Below, one piece after another: positions 48,989 through 61,312 of a stretch of 64,000 nucleotides of DNA. The DNA lies in the NCBI RefSeq assembly GCF_001194135.2, contig NC_068996.1, forward strand, positions 24,553,591-24,617,590, in the 5' to 3' direction. Position 1 is the stretch's first letter. Every line of letters starts with the position of its first letter. Source of the DNA: Octopus bimaculoides (lineage: Eukaryota). The position numbers and the translations under genes are program-made. The notes beneath the pieces were generated by a model. The model was given only the letters and a program-made list of their open reading frames with translations, was not told the DNA's origin and did no database searches.

Positions 48989-49751
48989 GAGGAAGTCCTT
49001 CTAAGACAGGAAATTCCATGCTATTTGATCGTGTAGGCCGCACTTTGGCCTGGTTGTCTTTTATGGCGCGAGGTGAAGAGCCTGACAATGGAGGCGTTGA
49101 GTTGACTGCTGCTGGTGTGGTTGGCATAGGCGTCACAGGTACAGAAGATACCTGGGTTGGTGGAGCAGTCAGTAGTTTTGTTGGCACTGGCTGTGTGATC
49201 GGTGATGATGGGGGTGGTGAAGGCGGAGGAGGAGGGGGTGGAGGTGNNNNNNNNNNNNNNNNNNNNNNNNNNNNNNNNNNNNNNNNNNNNNNTAATGTGG
49301 TGGTGCTGGAGGTGGTTGAAGTGGTGGCTGCAGTCGTGGTGGTGGCAGAAGTTGTGGTGGTCGTGGCGGTCGTAGTGGCAGCGGCTGCAGCAGTGGCAGT
49401 GATGGTAGTGGTGGTGGTTGTGGTGGTCGTGATTGCAACAGTGGCAGCTGTGGTGCAAGATGTTAATAACGGCGACGACGATGACGATGATGAGGATAAG
49501 GAGGATGAAGATGTTGATAATAGTGATGACGAAGAAGACGACGATAATGTTGTTGCAGATGATGGTAGTACAGTAACTGATAATGCAGAGGATAATGCTG
49601 TTGTAGCAGGTGATGATGAAGTTGACGAAGTTGTTGACGTTGAAATAGTTGGCGTCCTGCCTTTAACAGGTCGGTTTTCTTCTTTCCCACAGCTGGTTGC
49701 TTGTTGAGAACGATTCTGATTCTGGACACGCTTCTTGGTTGCTCCAGGTCC
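48989..49751 (-). CDS. ARID4B: ARID4-like exon, Ser/Thr/Ala/Pro low-complexity region (contains a 46-N gap)
   Basis: Acceptor ttttttcag|gga, donor cctc|gtaagt. 763 nt, phase 0 to 1. Frame is open on both sides of the gap (ORF 48981..49763). Confidence 0.82.
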
Positions 49752-50741
49752 CTGAAAAAACAATGAGGAAATATATAAATATATACATTCACAGAGGTTA
49801 ATTCAGTCAGCATCTTTTCAATTCGATAATGCTGTGTATAAAAGTTACATATCTCTGTCAATTTGAAAATAAGTCTTGATTATGATTATCACATTATCCG
49901 GGTACAGGACGTCAAAAAATGTGGACAAAAAAGGAACGAGAACATAAACAAAGCACAAAAAAACGGACTTTTTTTTACGGACAACAGAATGAACTCATAG
50001 GGAAACAGACAAGCCACTTATGGAACTTTTCCTTCATCAGTTGCCTCTATTCTAAACTAGGCATTTCGAAGATGAGGCAGAACACGCTCTTAGAATAGCT
50101 CTTCATAAATGTAAAAAGGTAAAGAGAGAGAGGATAATTGCTACACCAAAAAATGTTCTGGTCTGATAATACCTTCTACAGGTATAATTAAACCAAGCGA
50201 AAAAGGATCTTCTACATTTGCAAATAGAGAAAAGAGGGTGTTCAGGAACTGGAATTTGTATGCATGTTTTCATTCTGTCATTCAGCATCTATGGATTTGA
50301 ACAGGAGTTATTTGACTCAGGGTTTAACAACAAAATGTTCTTCCTGTTGCCAACTCACACTTGTATTTTTTTTTTTTAAGTAGGGAATTTCCTTATTCTA
50401 CAGATTTTTGAAAACATAGAATGAGAATGACCAGTGCTGATGTTCATATTCAACAAAGAATCTCAACAACAGCACCAGTTCACTCAAGCAGAGCTAAGTG
50501 CAGAATATATGCATGCATGCATGCATGTATTGCATTACATTATATTGCATTACATTACAAAAACTCAAAAAGTTCAAATAATGACATTTTTTTCTCCCGT
50601 TTTTATTGATTTTATTTTATATAATTCAATCAAGATTTCATTTATCTAAAAATATTACAACCTAGTCATTTTAAGTAATTAGTTTTATAAAATTTCCTTA
50701 ACAAAATTGAATGAAAGGAAAGCTATGTCCAAAAAATTTAC

Positions 50742-50844
50742 CTTTGGAGATCTTGGTGAATGACTCTTCGCTTTCTTTTTTGTTCCCAATTCAGGCTTAC
50801 CAAGAACTTTAACAATTCTTTCAGGCCTGACCCATTCATCATAC
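50742..50844 (-). CDS. ARID4B: ARID4-like exon, end of chromo-barrel
   Basis: Acceptor tttttcattag|gta, donor aag|gtaaat. 103 nt, phase 2 to 0. YDEWVRPERIVKVLGKPELGTKKKAKSHSPRSPK. Confidence 0.93.
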
Positions 50845-51785
50845 CTAATGAAAAATAATTGAAAGATAAAAGAAAAACATCAGATATTAAATTTCACAAA
50901 TACTTAAAGAATACATCCTTCAACTTTTATCCAATGTAATATATTATTATCACATTATCAATAACTTCTGTGCTGGGGTGTATATCACCATTACAGGTTA
51001 ATCATAGAGGAACAACATCAACCATATTTCAAATAACATTCACCTTGCTTGCATTTGACAGAGTTCCCCATTGAAACTTATATAGGAATAATAGACCAGA
51101 CAGCAGATAAAACATATGTCCAAACAGCCCAATGCACATCATCATCTAAGCATTCATTACTGAAGTTCACTAAGCAAAAGAGTTGCTACCAGCTGCTTCG
51201 GCCACTGGTTTCTTCCTGAGGCAAATTTAAAAGCTTCATTAAACCTAATTAATATCATTAATTTATGAAATGCATCTTGTTTCACAAAGCTCCTCAGTAG
51301 CTTTATGATTGTGAGTCAAAACGGTAGCCAGTGGTATGTATGGTCTTCTTTACTTTAATTCTTTTATCATCTCTCTTGAAATACATTTCATTTGTCTCCA
51401 ATTAAATTTGAAAATAAGGAATTTACAAAAATAACCTTGTCATTTTTAAGCTGGAGTTTGGAATATAAATTAACATGAAATTTTAATGAAAAGTTTAAAT
51501 TTAGATCACTTTAAAACAAGAAGTTTGTTTTATAGAACCAGGGCTAGTTTTAGGCATTGGTATTAAAAGGGTTAATATAGATTATACTATGAACCACTAC
51601 TTGCTGTATGTATTGTATAGTTGACCACTAAGCTGGGGCATAATGTATCTGGAGTATTGAATCTGTGGGGTCTAACCCAGTTGTTTGAACAAGTACCTAC
51701 ACATAACATAGGTTTTCCCAATTAGAGCAGACCTCAAGTTACACAACAACAACAACAACAAAAGCAACAATAACGCCTTATTTAC

Positions 51786-51853
51786 CTAGTGTTCCACCCT
51801 GCATAATGCACTAAATATTGTTCATGCCCACCCTCAGCACCAAATTCAACAAC
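51786..51853 (-). CDS. ARID4B: ARID4-like exon, chromo-barrel
   Basis: Acceptor gcttttccag|gtt, donor ctag|gtaaat. 68 nt, phase 0 to 2. VVEFGAEGGHEQYLVHYAGWNTR carries the chromo-barrel YLVHYxGWN motif. Confidence 0.93.
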
Positions 51854-52317
51854 CTGGAAAAGCAAAATAAAATATAATGCAAGAGATGAACAACAGGGAG
51901 TAAATTTTATTATTTTAAATTTTAAAATGACAGTGTAAATTAAAAAATGCAGATAATTAGCCAGATTTCAAATGTATTTAAAAAATAAGTGGAAAATCAG
52001 ACATTTGTATTTGTTTTAACCTTTTAGCATTCAGATGATGCTGTTCAATTATATGATTGTTTATTTTTAGAATGACATTGTAGGGTAGGTGTGAGAGGCC
52101 AGATCTGACCAGTTTGAACATAAAACAAGCAGAATATTTTGACCGGATAAAGCCAGTTTAAATGCTAAAGTGTAAATCTTTCTAAAATGGACCTAACTAG
52201 CTGTTACATGAATACCAAGATTAGTAACTGACATTTTATAGAGTAATTATTAAACTTAAATATATATGTCTTTTTATATATGCATTATCAAGAAGTTTTA
52301 AAGAACAGATTACAAAC

Positions 52318-52486
52318 TTTTGCCTCATATATTTTCTGATTCCTCCCTCTTCCATACTTGACTCTGAGTTTAGTTCCTGTAGGATATTCACCAGAACCAC
52401 CTAATCCAACAGTTTTTCCTTCTTCTTCCTCTTCTTCATCTTCCTCATCATCATCATCATCCTCACTATCAGCAGGTTCCTCATTT
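52318..52486 (-). CDS. ARID4B: ARID4-like exon, acidic tract plus start of chromo-barrel (Tudor-knot)
   Basis: Acceptor tctcttcacag|aaa, donor aaa|gtttgt. 169 nt, phase 2 to 0. EYPTGTKLRVKYGRGRNQKIYEAK resembles the ARID4 YPPGMKVQVRYGRGKNQKMYEA motif. Confidence 0.92.
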
Positions 52487-53323
52487 CTGTGAAGAGAAGA
52501 AAAGCAAATGAAAAATAAAGGGATTTTTTTTTTCCATTAAAAAAAAAAAAATCACTTTCATTGATTCATAAAAATGTTGTTGATTTTCTCCATTTATAAT
52601 AATTATCACAATGTTTTATGGTTTAGCTCCAGAAGCTTTAATGTCAAGTAGAACTATGACCAAGGGTATTCCAACCATAAGTGATACCATCCATAATTTT
52701 AAAAGTATCTAGAATTTTGAATAGTGAAATGCAGAGCAATATGATAGATTTAAAGGTTACAGACAGACGAGAAGTAAACAGTACAGACTGTCAAACCTCT
52801 AGTAATATGGCGGTGAGATATTCTTTTTAAAGCTTTGTCAAAATGGAACTATGTCCTTTATCATGGACTCTGGGACTACTTGAAAGAAAGAGTATCTACT
52901 TGAAAGAAAGAGTACAGCAGTACTAATATGAACAAGGAAGAAAGTTATCCTTGACCATTTTGTTAGCATATTTCTATTGAAATACACTGCCTTTGTTTCA
53001 ATTGATTATGAAAATAATGAAGAATTTAGTAAAATAATATTGTCATTGTTAAGCTGATGTTTGGAACATAAATTAACACTAAATTTTCATAGGAAGTTTT
53101 AACTGAAATCACTTTAAAGCAAGAAATTTCTATCATAAAACCAAAGTTGGTCTCAGGTGGGTCATTATCAAAAGTGTTAAACCAAATACTCAGCCTCAAA
53201 TGCTTACAGAATAAAAGAGGAATGTCTGATAAAAACAACCGAGAACCAGATGTTAAACCAAAGTGACAGATTAAGTCTACCACTCAAGATATTATGAAAA
53301 CCACTGAATTAAACAAAAGTCCC

Positions 53324-53785
53324 TCATCATCATCGTTTAACGTCCGCTTTCCTTGCTAGCATGGGTTGGATGATTTGACTGAGGACTGGTGAAACCAGAT
53401 GGCTACACCAAGCTCCAATCTGATTTGGCAGAGTTTCTACAGTTGGATGCCCTTCCTAACGCCAACCACTCAGAGAGTGTAGTGGGTGCTTTTACGTGCC
53501 ACCGGCACGAAGGCCAGTCAGGAAGTACTGGCAACGGCCACGCTCAAAATGGTGTATTTTACATGCCATCCACACAGGAGCCAGTCCAGCGGCACTGGCA
53601 ACGAACTTGCTCGAATGTCTTTTCACTTGCCACTGGCACAAGTGCCAGGAAAGCGACATTGGTAACGGTCATGCCCAAATGCTGCTATTTATGTGCCACT
53701 GGCACGAAAGCCAGACAGCTGTTGCTCTGGCAACGATCACGCTCAGACAGTGCTCTTAGTGATTTACTGGTACTGGTGCCATAAG
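53324..53785 (-). mobile_element. Intronic RTE 3' fragment
   Basis: Nearly colinear with 2375-2812. Confidence 0.88.
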
Positions 53786-54006
53786 TGTAAAAAAGATAAT
53801 AGTTCCTCATAGCATAGAAGAGAGAAAAGAATAAGCTAAATAAAATCTTGTTGATATGAGGCCAACAGATTGCAAATAATCTCTTTCTATGAATGCATAT
53901 ATTCAGGCTAAATCACACAACTGTATGTATACGCTCACACAAGTACATGTATGTGAATGCATCTATACATGTGCATGCATACACATGTAAATATATTTAT
54001 ATTTAC

Positions 54007-54257
54007 CTCTTAGAATCACCCTCTTCATCGACTTCAGCTTTAACTTTTGCTTCTTTCTTATCTTCCCGACTTTCTTTATTTTTATCTTCCTTGTTCTTTT
54101 TCTCTTTTGTACTTTTCTCCTCTTTTGCAGATTTTGTCTCTTTGCTTCCCTTTTCATCTTTTATAAACATATCAAATTTGGATTTCATTGACTCTGGTGT
54201 ATTTTTAACATCGGTTTCTTTTTTAACATCATCTCCTCTAGTTGACCGTTTTCTAAC
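54007..54257 (-). CDS. ARID4B: ARID4-like exon, Lys/Glu-rich linker
   Basis: Acceptor aatttacag|gtt, donor aagag|gtaaat. 251 nt, phase 0 to 2 (VRKRSTRGDDVKK...EEGDSKR). Confidence 0.85.
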
Positions 54258-54452
54258 CTGTAAATTACCAATAACATGGATTTTTATACATGTTTATTTA
54301 CATATATATATATATATTAGTTGAAAATATGTGAAGAAAAATGCCTTTGTTTCGCATAGTTTAATATTTTTTTATATAAATATATACATATTATATGGAT
54401 GTTGTAAAATCCAACCAGTTTTCGCTATTTAAGTTAGCTTTTCAAGGAGTAT

Positions 54453-54485
<33 letters not shown>

Positions 54486-55842
54486 NNNNNNNNNNNNNNN
54501 NNNNNNNNNNNNNNNNNNNNNNNNNNNNNNNNNNNNNNNNNNNNNNNNNNNNNNNNNNNNNNNNNNNNNNNNNNNNNNNNNNNNNNNNNNNNNNNNNNNN
54601 NNNNNNNNNNNNNNNNNNNNNNNNNNNNNNNNNNNNNNNNNNNNNNNNNNNNNNNNNNNNNNNNNNNNNNNNNNNNNNNNNNNNNNNNNNNNNNNNNNNN
54701 NNNNNNNNNNNNNNNNNNNNNNNNNNNNNNNNNNNNNNNNNNNNNNNNNNNNNNNNNNNNNNNNNNNNNNNNNNNNNNNNNNNNNNNNNNNNNNNNNNNN
54801 NNNNNNNNNNNNNNNNNNNNNNNNNNNNNNNNNNNNNNNNNNNNNNNNNNNNNNNNNNNNNNNNNNNNNNNNNNNNNNNNNNNNNNNNNNNNNNNNNNNN
54901 NNNNNNNNNNNNNNNNNNNNNNNNNNNNNNNNNNNNNNNNNNNNNNNNNNNNNNNNNNNNNNNNNNNNNNNNNNNNNNNNNNNNNNNNNNNNNNNNNNNN
55001 NNNNNNNNNNNNNNNNNNNNNNNNNNNNNNNNNNNNNNNNNNNNNNNNNNNNNNNNNNNNNNNNNNNNNNNNNNNNNNNNNNNNNNNNNNNNNNNNNNNN
55101 NNNNNNNNNNNNNNNNNNNNNNNNNNNNNNNNNNNNNNNNNNNNNNNNNNNNNNNNNNNNNNNNNNNNNNNNNNNNNNNNNNNNNNNNNNNNNNNNNNNN
55201 NNNNNNNNNNNNNNNNNNNNNNNNNNNNNNNNNNNNNNNNNNNNNNNNNNNNNNNNNNNNNNNNNNNNNNNNNNNNNNNNNNNNNNNNNNNNNNNNNNNN
55301 NNNACTGGTACTAAATTTATTGACCCTGAAAGAATGAGAAGCAAAGTCAACCTCAGTGGAATTTGAACTCAGAACACAAAGACAGATGGAATACTGTTAA
55401 GCATTTCACTCGACGTGCTAACATTTCTGCCAGCTGGCCACCTTAAATAAATGGAAAGGATTTCCTGGTCGATGCATATCTAAACTACAAACATATAAAT
55501 TAATCTCATTAGCTACTGGTTTGTAGGGATATTTGTATGAAGAATGCTTTACATAATGTGTATAGTAGTGTTAGCCTGCACCAGCACCCTGTAAATTATA
55601 CCCCCACTGTAATTTGAACTCAAAACTGCAAGCTAATAAGACACTTAATTATAGTGTTTATTATTTTGCACGATGATCATCAGTCCAACCCTTAAATATC
55701 CGCTTTCAGCTACATAGACTGGACCATTTTTGAGAATCTATCCCAACCTTATGATACCAACTTTCAATTAAATAGACTAGACCATTTGAAAATCTGTCCC
55801 AGCCTCAAGTGGTGAAACCTAATTTCAGCCAAATGGATAGGA

Positions 55843-56145
55843 TCATCATCATCATCATCATTTAACGTCCGCTTTCCATGCTAGCATGGGTTGGACGATT
55901 TGACTGAGGACTGGTGAACCAGATGGCTACACCAGGCTCCAATCTGATTTGGCAGAGTTTCTACAGCTGGATGCCCTTCCTAACGCCAACCACTCAGAGA
56001 GTATAGTGGGTGCTTTTACGTGTCACCCGCACGAAGGCCAGTCATGCGGTACTGGCAACAGCCACGCTCAAAATGGTGTATTTTACGTGCCATCCACACA
56101 GGAGCCAGTCCAGGGGCACTGGCAACGATCTCGCTCAAAAGTCCG
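55843..56145 (-). mobile_element. Intronic RTE 3' fragment
   Basis: Same family, with (CAT)n tail on the plus strand. Confidence 0.88.
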
Positions 56146-56291
56146 AAAATTAAGTGTTTTGGTCATGCACAAAACACAGTGATGGTGATAGGACAGAAAC
56201 TAAGGAATTTTCAGTCAGTCAACCAAGAAGAAACCATTAATTTATTGATTCGATAAACTGGGGACTCACCCTCATTATATAACACACACAC

Positions 56292-56542
56292 ACATACATT
56301 TATATAATATTATTTCTTTATTGCCCACAAGGGGCTAAACATAGAGGGGACAAACAAGTACAGACAAAGGGATTAAGTCGATTACATTGACCCCAGTGCA
56401 TAGCTGGTACTTAATTTATCAACCCCGAAAGGATGAAAGGCAAAGTCGACCTCAGCAGAATTTGAACTCAGAATGTAATGGCAGACGAAATACCGCTTAG
56501 CATTTCACCCGGCCTGCTAACGATTCTGCCAGCTCACCGCCT
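56292..56542 (-). mobile_element. Young tRNA-derived SINE (family 2) with target-site duplication, 50 bp from an exon donor
   Basis: Flanked on both sides by TATATAAATGTAT (minus strand); intact head aggcggtgagctggcagaatcgttagc. Confidence 0.85.
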
Positions 56543-56592
56543 ATACATTTATATAAACTAACACATACACACATACATTTATATAAACTAAC

Positions 56593-56994
56593 CCTTTTCT
56601 TTGGGAGTTCTTTTTTAACATCTGGTGTTTTCGCTTCCTTATCTTTCTTGGTGGTTTTCCTTTCAGCTCCTTTCGATGACGAATCTGCCTTTTTGTCATC
56701 ATCCCGCTTTCTCGTGTGCTTTGAATCTTCTTTCTTATCACTCTTCTTGTCTTCTTTCGCATCACCATCGTCTTGTTCTTCCTTCACTTCCTTCTTAACT
56801 CGTTCTTTCTCTCGTTTCACTTTGTCTTTCTTACTCGTCTCCTTTTTCACAGGTTCTTCCTCGGACTTTTCTTTGGGCTCTTTCTTGACACAAACTTCAT
56901 TTTCAGATTCTTCAACATTGGTGGCAGACTGAGTATCAGAGCTACTTTTGGCATTATCAGAATCTTTTGTTTTCTTGTCATCGTCATCTTTGTT
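56593..56994 (-). CDS. ARID4B: ARID4-like exon, Lys/Glu/Asp-rich linker
   Basis: Acceptor tttcttatttag|aac, donor agg|gttagt. 402 nt open, phase 0 to 0 (NKDDDDKKTKDSD...ELPKKR). Confidence 0.85.
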
Positions 56995-57221
56995 CTAAAT
57001 AAGAAACAGCATGAAAAAGTAAAATACATGTCAGGCTAAATACTGGACAGACTACAAGTCAGCTTCAGTTTACCAAGTACTACAAATGAATCCCAATCTA
57101 TCTAAGTAATTAATAAATAGGCTGTTGAAATTCTGCATCATTAATAAACCAACATTACACACACACAGTGCTACAATTAATAGTTGAATATAAATGTCTT
57201 TATACCTTATATATGTATATA

Positions 57222-57267
<46 letters not shown>

Positions 57268-58697
57268 CTCTTTTACTTGTTTCAGTCATTTGACTGTGGC
57301 CATGCTGGAGCACTGCCTTTGGTCGAAAAAATCGACCCCGGGACTTATTCTTTGTAAGCCTAGTACTTATTCTATCGGTCTCTTTTTGCCGAACCGCTAA
57401 GTTACGGGGACGCAAATACACCAGCATCGGTTGTCAAGTGATGTTGGGGGGGGACAAACACAGACACATAAACACACACACACAAACATATATATANNNN
57501 NNNNNNNNNNNNNNNNNNNNNNNNNNNNNNNNNNNNNNNNNNNNNNNNNNNNNNNNNNNNNNNNNNNNNNNNNNNNNNNNNNNNNNNNNNNNNNNNNNNN
57601 NNNNNNNNNNNNNNNNNNNNNNNNNNNNNNNNNNNNNNNNNNNNNNNNNNNNNNNNNNNNNNNNNNNNNNNNNNNNNNNNNNNNNNNNNNNNNNNNNNNN
57701 NNNNNNNNNNNNNNNNNNNNNNNNNNNNNNNNNNNNNNNNNNNNNNNNNNNNNNNNGTTTCGAAACTGTTTGTTCTTGCAATCTCTTCAGTAAAGAGTGC
57801 AATGAAATAATTTAACAAAAAACTATATAAATTAATAAAGGACTGAACCAGTGCGTGTGTTTATTACCGGCATAATGCATCTCCCAAGGTTTAATTGTAT
57901 TTCTTTCAACACACGTATCCACATCAAGAATCTTGCACATATATACGACAGGCTTCTTTCAGTTTCCGTCTACCAGATCCACTCACAAGGCTTTGGTCGG
58001 CCCGAGGCTATAGTAGAAGACACTTGCCCAAGGTGCCACGCAGTGGGACTGAACCCGGAACCATGTGGTTCGTAAGCAAGCTACTTACCACACAGCCACT
58101 CATAATGCATTATGTATATATCAAATGCCAATAAAAGCATACCAACACATAGCTTTACTCTCACAATACATTAAGTGTAGTATAGCTCAGGTGGTGACAG
58201 TTATATTGAAGCAAATATACTTACATACACAGAATGTGTTGAACAATCGATAAGGAAGATATATATATATATATATCATCGTCAACATTTGATGTTTGTT
58301 TTCCATGCCACAGCAGGTTCCATAATCTGCTTCGGCCTGGTTTCTACAGCTGGATGCACTTCCGAATGCCAACCACTTTACAGAGTGGGGTTTTTTTATG
58401 TGGTGCCATCACCAGTGATTTTTACATGGCACCAGCACCCACACCCAGGCTTTTTAAGAGGTACCTTGGTTTTAAGGCATAAAGACATTTATATGTGACA
58501 TTAAAGAATCACTCAAAATTCTTTAAACATTTGACTTCACTGTTAATCAGTAATTACTGAAATACCCCGGTGATTAGGTCAAGAAAGTAAAAAGTAATTA
58601 TTTAAAATAAGATCAGCTCTACTGTATTATCATTAAATGAAGCTATTAAACCAATCATGTTTAAAACAGAATTTTCCAAAAGAACATGGGAACTTAC

Positions 58698-58869
58698 CTT
58701 TTCTTCTTCTTTAACAGCATTTTTCCGATCACGTGGTGAACGACAGCTATCTCTAGCTCTTAAAAACAAAATGCTTCTTCCTGTACTGTGTCGACTGCTT
58801 CTTGGACGGCTAATTGTTCCCATTGTACTTCCAAGTTTGCGATAAAAATCTTCAAATGCATGCAAGTAT
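58698..58869 (-). CDS. ARID4B: ARID4-like exon, end of ARID domain
   Basis: Acceptor tttctcttcag|ata, donor aag|gtaagt. 172 nt, phase 2 to 0. YLHAFEDFYRKLGSTMGTISRPRSSRHSTGRSILFLRARDSCRSPRDRKNAVKEEEK. Confidence 0.92.
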
Positions 58870-59961
58870 CTGAAGAGAAAATAAGAAAAGTTTCATCACA
58901 AAAATATAAAATATATTGTATTTATTCATGTATATAATATGCATTTGTGTACAACATATCACTGCACCTTCTAAGCCATGCAAACAAGTTTTGTAACCAG
59001 TGCACAAAAGAAATTTAGGTGTACACAAGAAAATAAATATTTCAGATTTAAGCACAAGACCAGTAATTTTGAGGTAAGGGGGGAAGTCACAAACATCAAC
59101 CCCAAGACTTAACTGGTACTTCATTTTATTGACCTCGAAAGGATGAAAGACAAAATGGATATCAATGGCATTTGAACTCAGAGTGTAATGAGTCAGAAGA
59201 AAAGCTTGCTAAGCATTTTTTCCAATGCATTAATTATTTTGCCAGCTCGTCATCTTCACACAAGAAAGTAATGACTGCATGAAGCGTTCATTACCTAAAA
59301 TAATGTAGTAGTGTATAATTATGTATATTATTCCTTCATTGTACACATAATTATGTCAGGCAAAAAAAAAAAAAAATTATGCAACAAAATTTTTGTATGT
59401 TGAAGGCCAGAAAACTTAGAAGAAACATTGCTCTCATGTGACCTTTGAACTTTACCAGTGCAAGCCATAAAATATGTACCTGGTATAAAGTAATCATTGT
59501 GGAAATCATCCAAAAAAATTAGAACTAAATTTTAATTCAGTTCTATATTTAAGAGATGAGGAATTATGTACATTATTTACATTTGACAGATATTTGTCCT
59601 CATCTTGTTTGTTGTTAACACATTTAGACTGATATACCCTCCAACCTTCATCAGGTGTCTTGTAGAAATTTCGAACCTGGGTCCTCATTCCTAAGGTATT
59701 TTTCGATGTTATTATTATTATTATTATTATAATTGTTATTGTTCAGGTCACTGCTTGGAATCGTAGGGTCAGTAGCCTGCGCTCTTAACCACTATGCCAT
59801 ATGCCCATGGGCATAGCTGTCAAATGTAAAATATCCGTCAAATGTAAATTCTAATTGTTTAAATAAGCTACATCAGCTTGTTTACTGTTATTGGCAAAAA
59901 ATAATCATCCTTCAAGATTTACAATATATAGCATAAATCCAAAATTTAAAAAGGAACTTAC

Positions 59962-60056
59962 TTCTTATATGCATTCTTTATCTGATGTGAGCCATTATTG
60001 GATGCAGGCATTTTCATTTTTGAGTAGACCCATCTCCATTTCATTGTGTTTGTAAC
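59962..60056 (-). CDS. ARID4B: ARID4-like exon, ARID domain
   Basis: Acceptor ttcttcttgtag|gtt, donor aagaa|gtaagt. 95 nt, phase 0 to 2. VTNTMKWRWVYSKMKMPASNNGSHQIKNAYKK contains the ARID Trp and the AYKKYL motif. Confidence 0.92.
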
Positions 60057-61217
60057 CTACAAGAAGAAAAGAAAAAGAAAAAATGGATATAAAATATGAA
60101 GATACTTCTAAGCTCTTAGGTATGGCTGTGTACTTAAGAATTCTACTTCTAAAACACATGGTTCTGATCTTAATCTCAATCCATGGGCAAGTGTTTAGAT
60201 TGACCAATATTCTGTAAGTGGAATTTGCTAGATGGATGTACAAACCCCACCATGTACACACAAAAACATATTTTTGTGTTATGTATGTTAATTTCATTTG
60301 CTATATATCGCCAAAGGGAAAAAAAAAGAGACGGTGCTCTTCCAATTTCACTGAGTTAACAGGCACTCCTCCTATCACTTTCAGAAATGCAGTGAACAAT
60401 GATTCAAATAGAATCCCAAATAAAATGGTTTCAAATTTCATAGATTTCTCAGTTTTTATAAATCTCTTTGTTTTCGCTTTGCTTTGTTTTTAATTTGATC
60501 ATGGTTTCATTAGACGAAAGTGCCAGTGACCATTTTGCAAAACCACCAAAACTGGTTGGGGAGTAAGTTAGTAAAAAACTACAATTGATAGGGAGAAACC
60601 GTGCAGCAAGATTTCAACTTACCTTATACTGGACACCTGTTCAGATATTGATAACATAATATACTTTGCTAAAGGTACCCAAAGGTAAGTGGTGGTGTTA
60701 AATTGTTAAATTGCACAATCAATTAAGTCTGTCGCACAAGAACTAATTCAATCCATAATTCCAATAATTCTGATAGGCTTCAATAGTTTCTGTTTATCCA
60801 ATTTCACCAATGTGCACAGGCAGATGCTCATATACACATCATTATTGCTCTGTTTATTTATTTTTTTATCTTTATAATGAAGGTGTACAGTCTCACTGGT
60901 GAAAATTATGGTTAAGGGGATCAAGATCATTAATATTTTGATTTTCTGGCATAGATATAATGAGAATTAGTATCATGAGTTGAAACTGACAAGAATTGAC
61001 AGCAACATTTGTGGAATGTCTGATCATATGTATAAGTGATGGCTGAGCAAATTACACTTATTTCCTACATAAAGCAGAATTCATATACAAAAATAATTAC
61101 AAAAAGAAATATTTATGAAAGTGTTAACATTTCTTGTCACTCTCACTCTCACTTTCTCTCTCCCTATCTCTTACAGTAGGTAGAGAGGAAGAAAAAATGT
61201 CAATATATAAACTGTAC

Positions 61218-61312
61218 CTTATTATATCCTCCGAAGTTCTGAACAATTTTGAAGAGCTTATACAAATTCAAATCTCTGTTCCCTAATGAAGGTCCTTTAT
61301 TGATTGGTGTTC
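61218..61312 (-). CDS. ARID4B: ARID4-like exon, ARID domain
   Basis: Acceptor tttccaaacag|gaa, donor aag|gtacag. 95 nt, phase 1 to 0. TPINKGPSLGNRDLNLYKLFKIVQNFGGYNK is a canonical ARID core. Confidence 0.93.

Noticed and set aside
48970-49707. 245-aa plus-strand Val/Ala/Asp ORF (and similar plus-strand ORFs at 43245-44436)
   Set aside because: Antisense shadows of low-complexity ARID4 exons.
50015-50047. Minus-strand CUGAUGA-A-GGAA/AAG/UUCC hammerhead-like half
   Set aside because: No GAAA or UH segment follows.
51040-51230. Extra exon candidates between the chromo-barrel exons
   Set aside because: Phases and the domain are already complete with 51786-51853; the candidates add stops or have weak splice sites.
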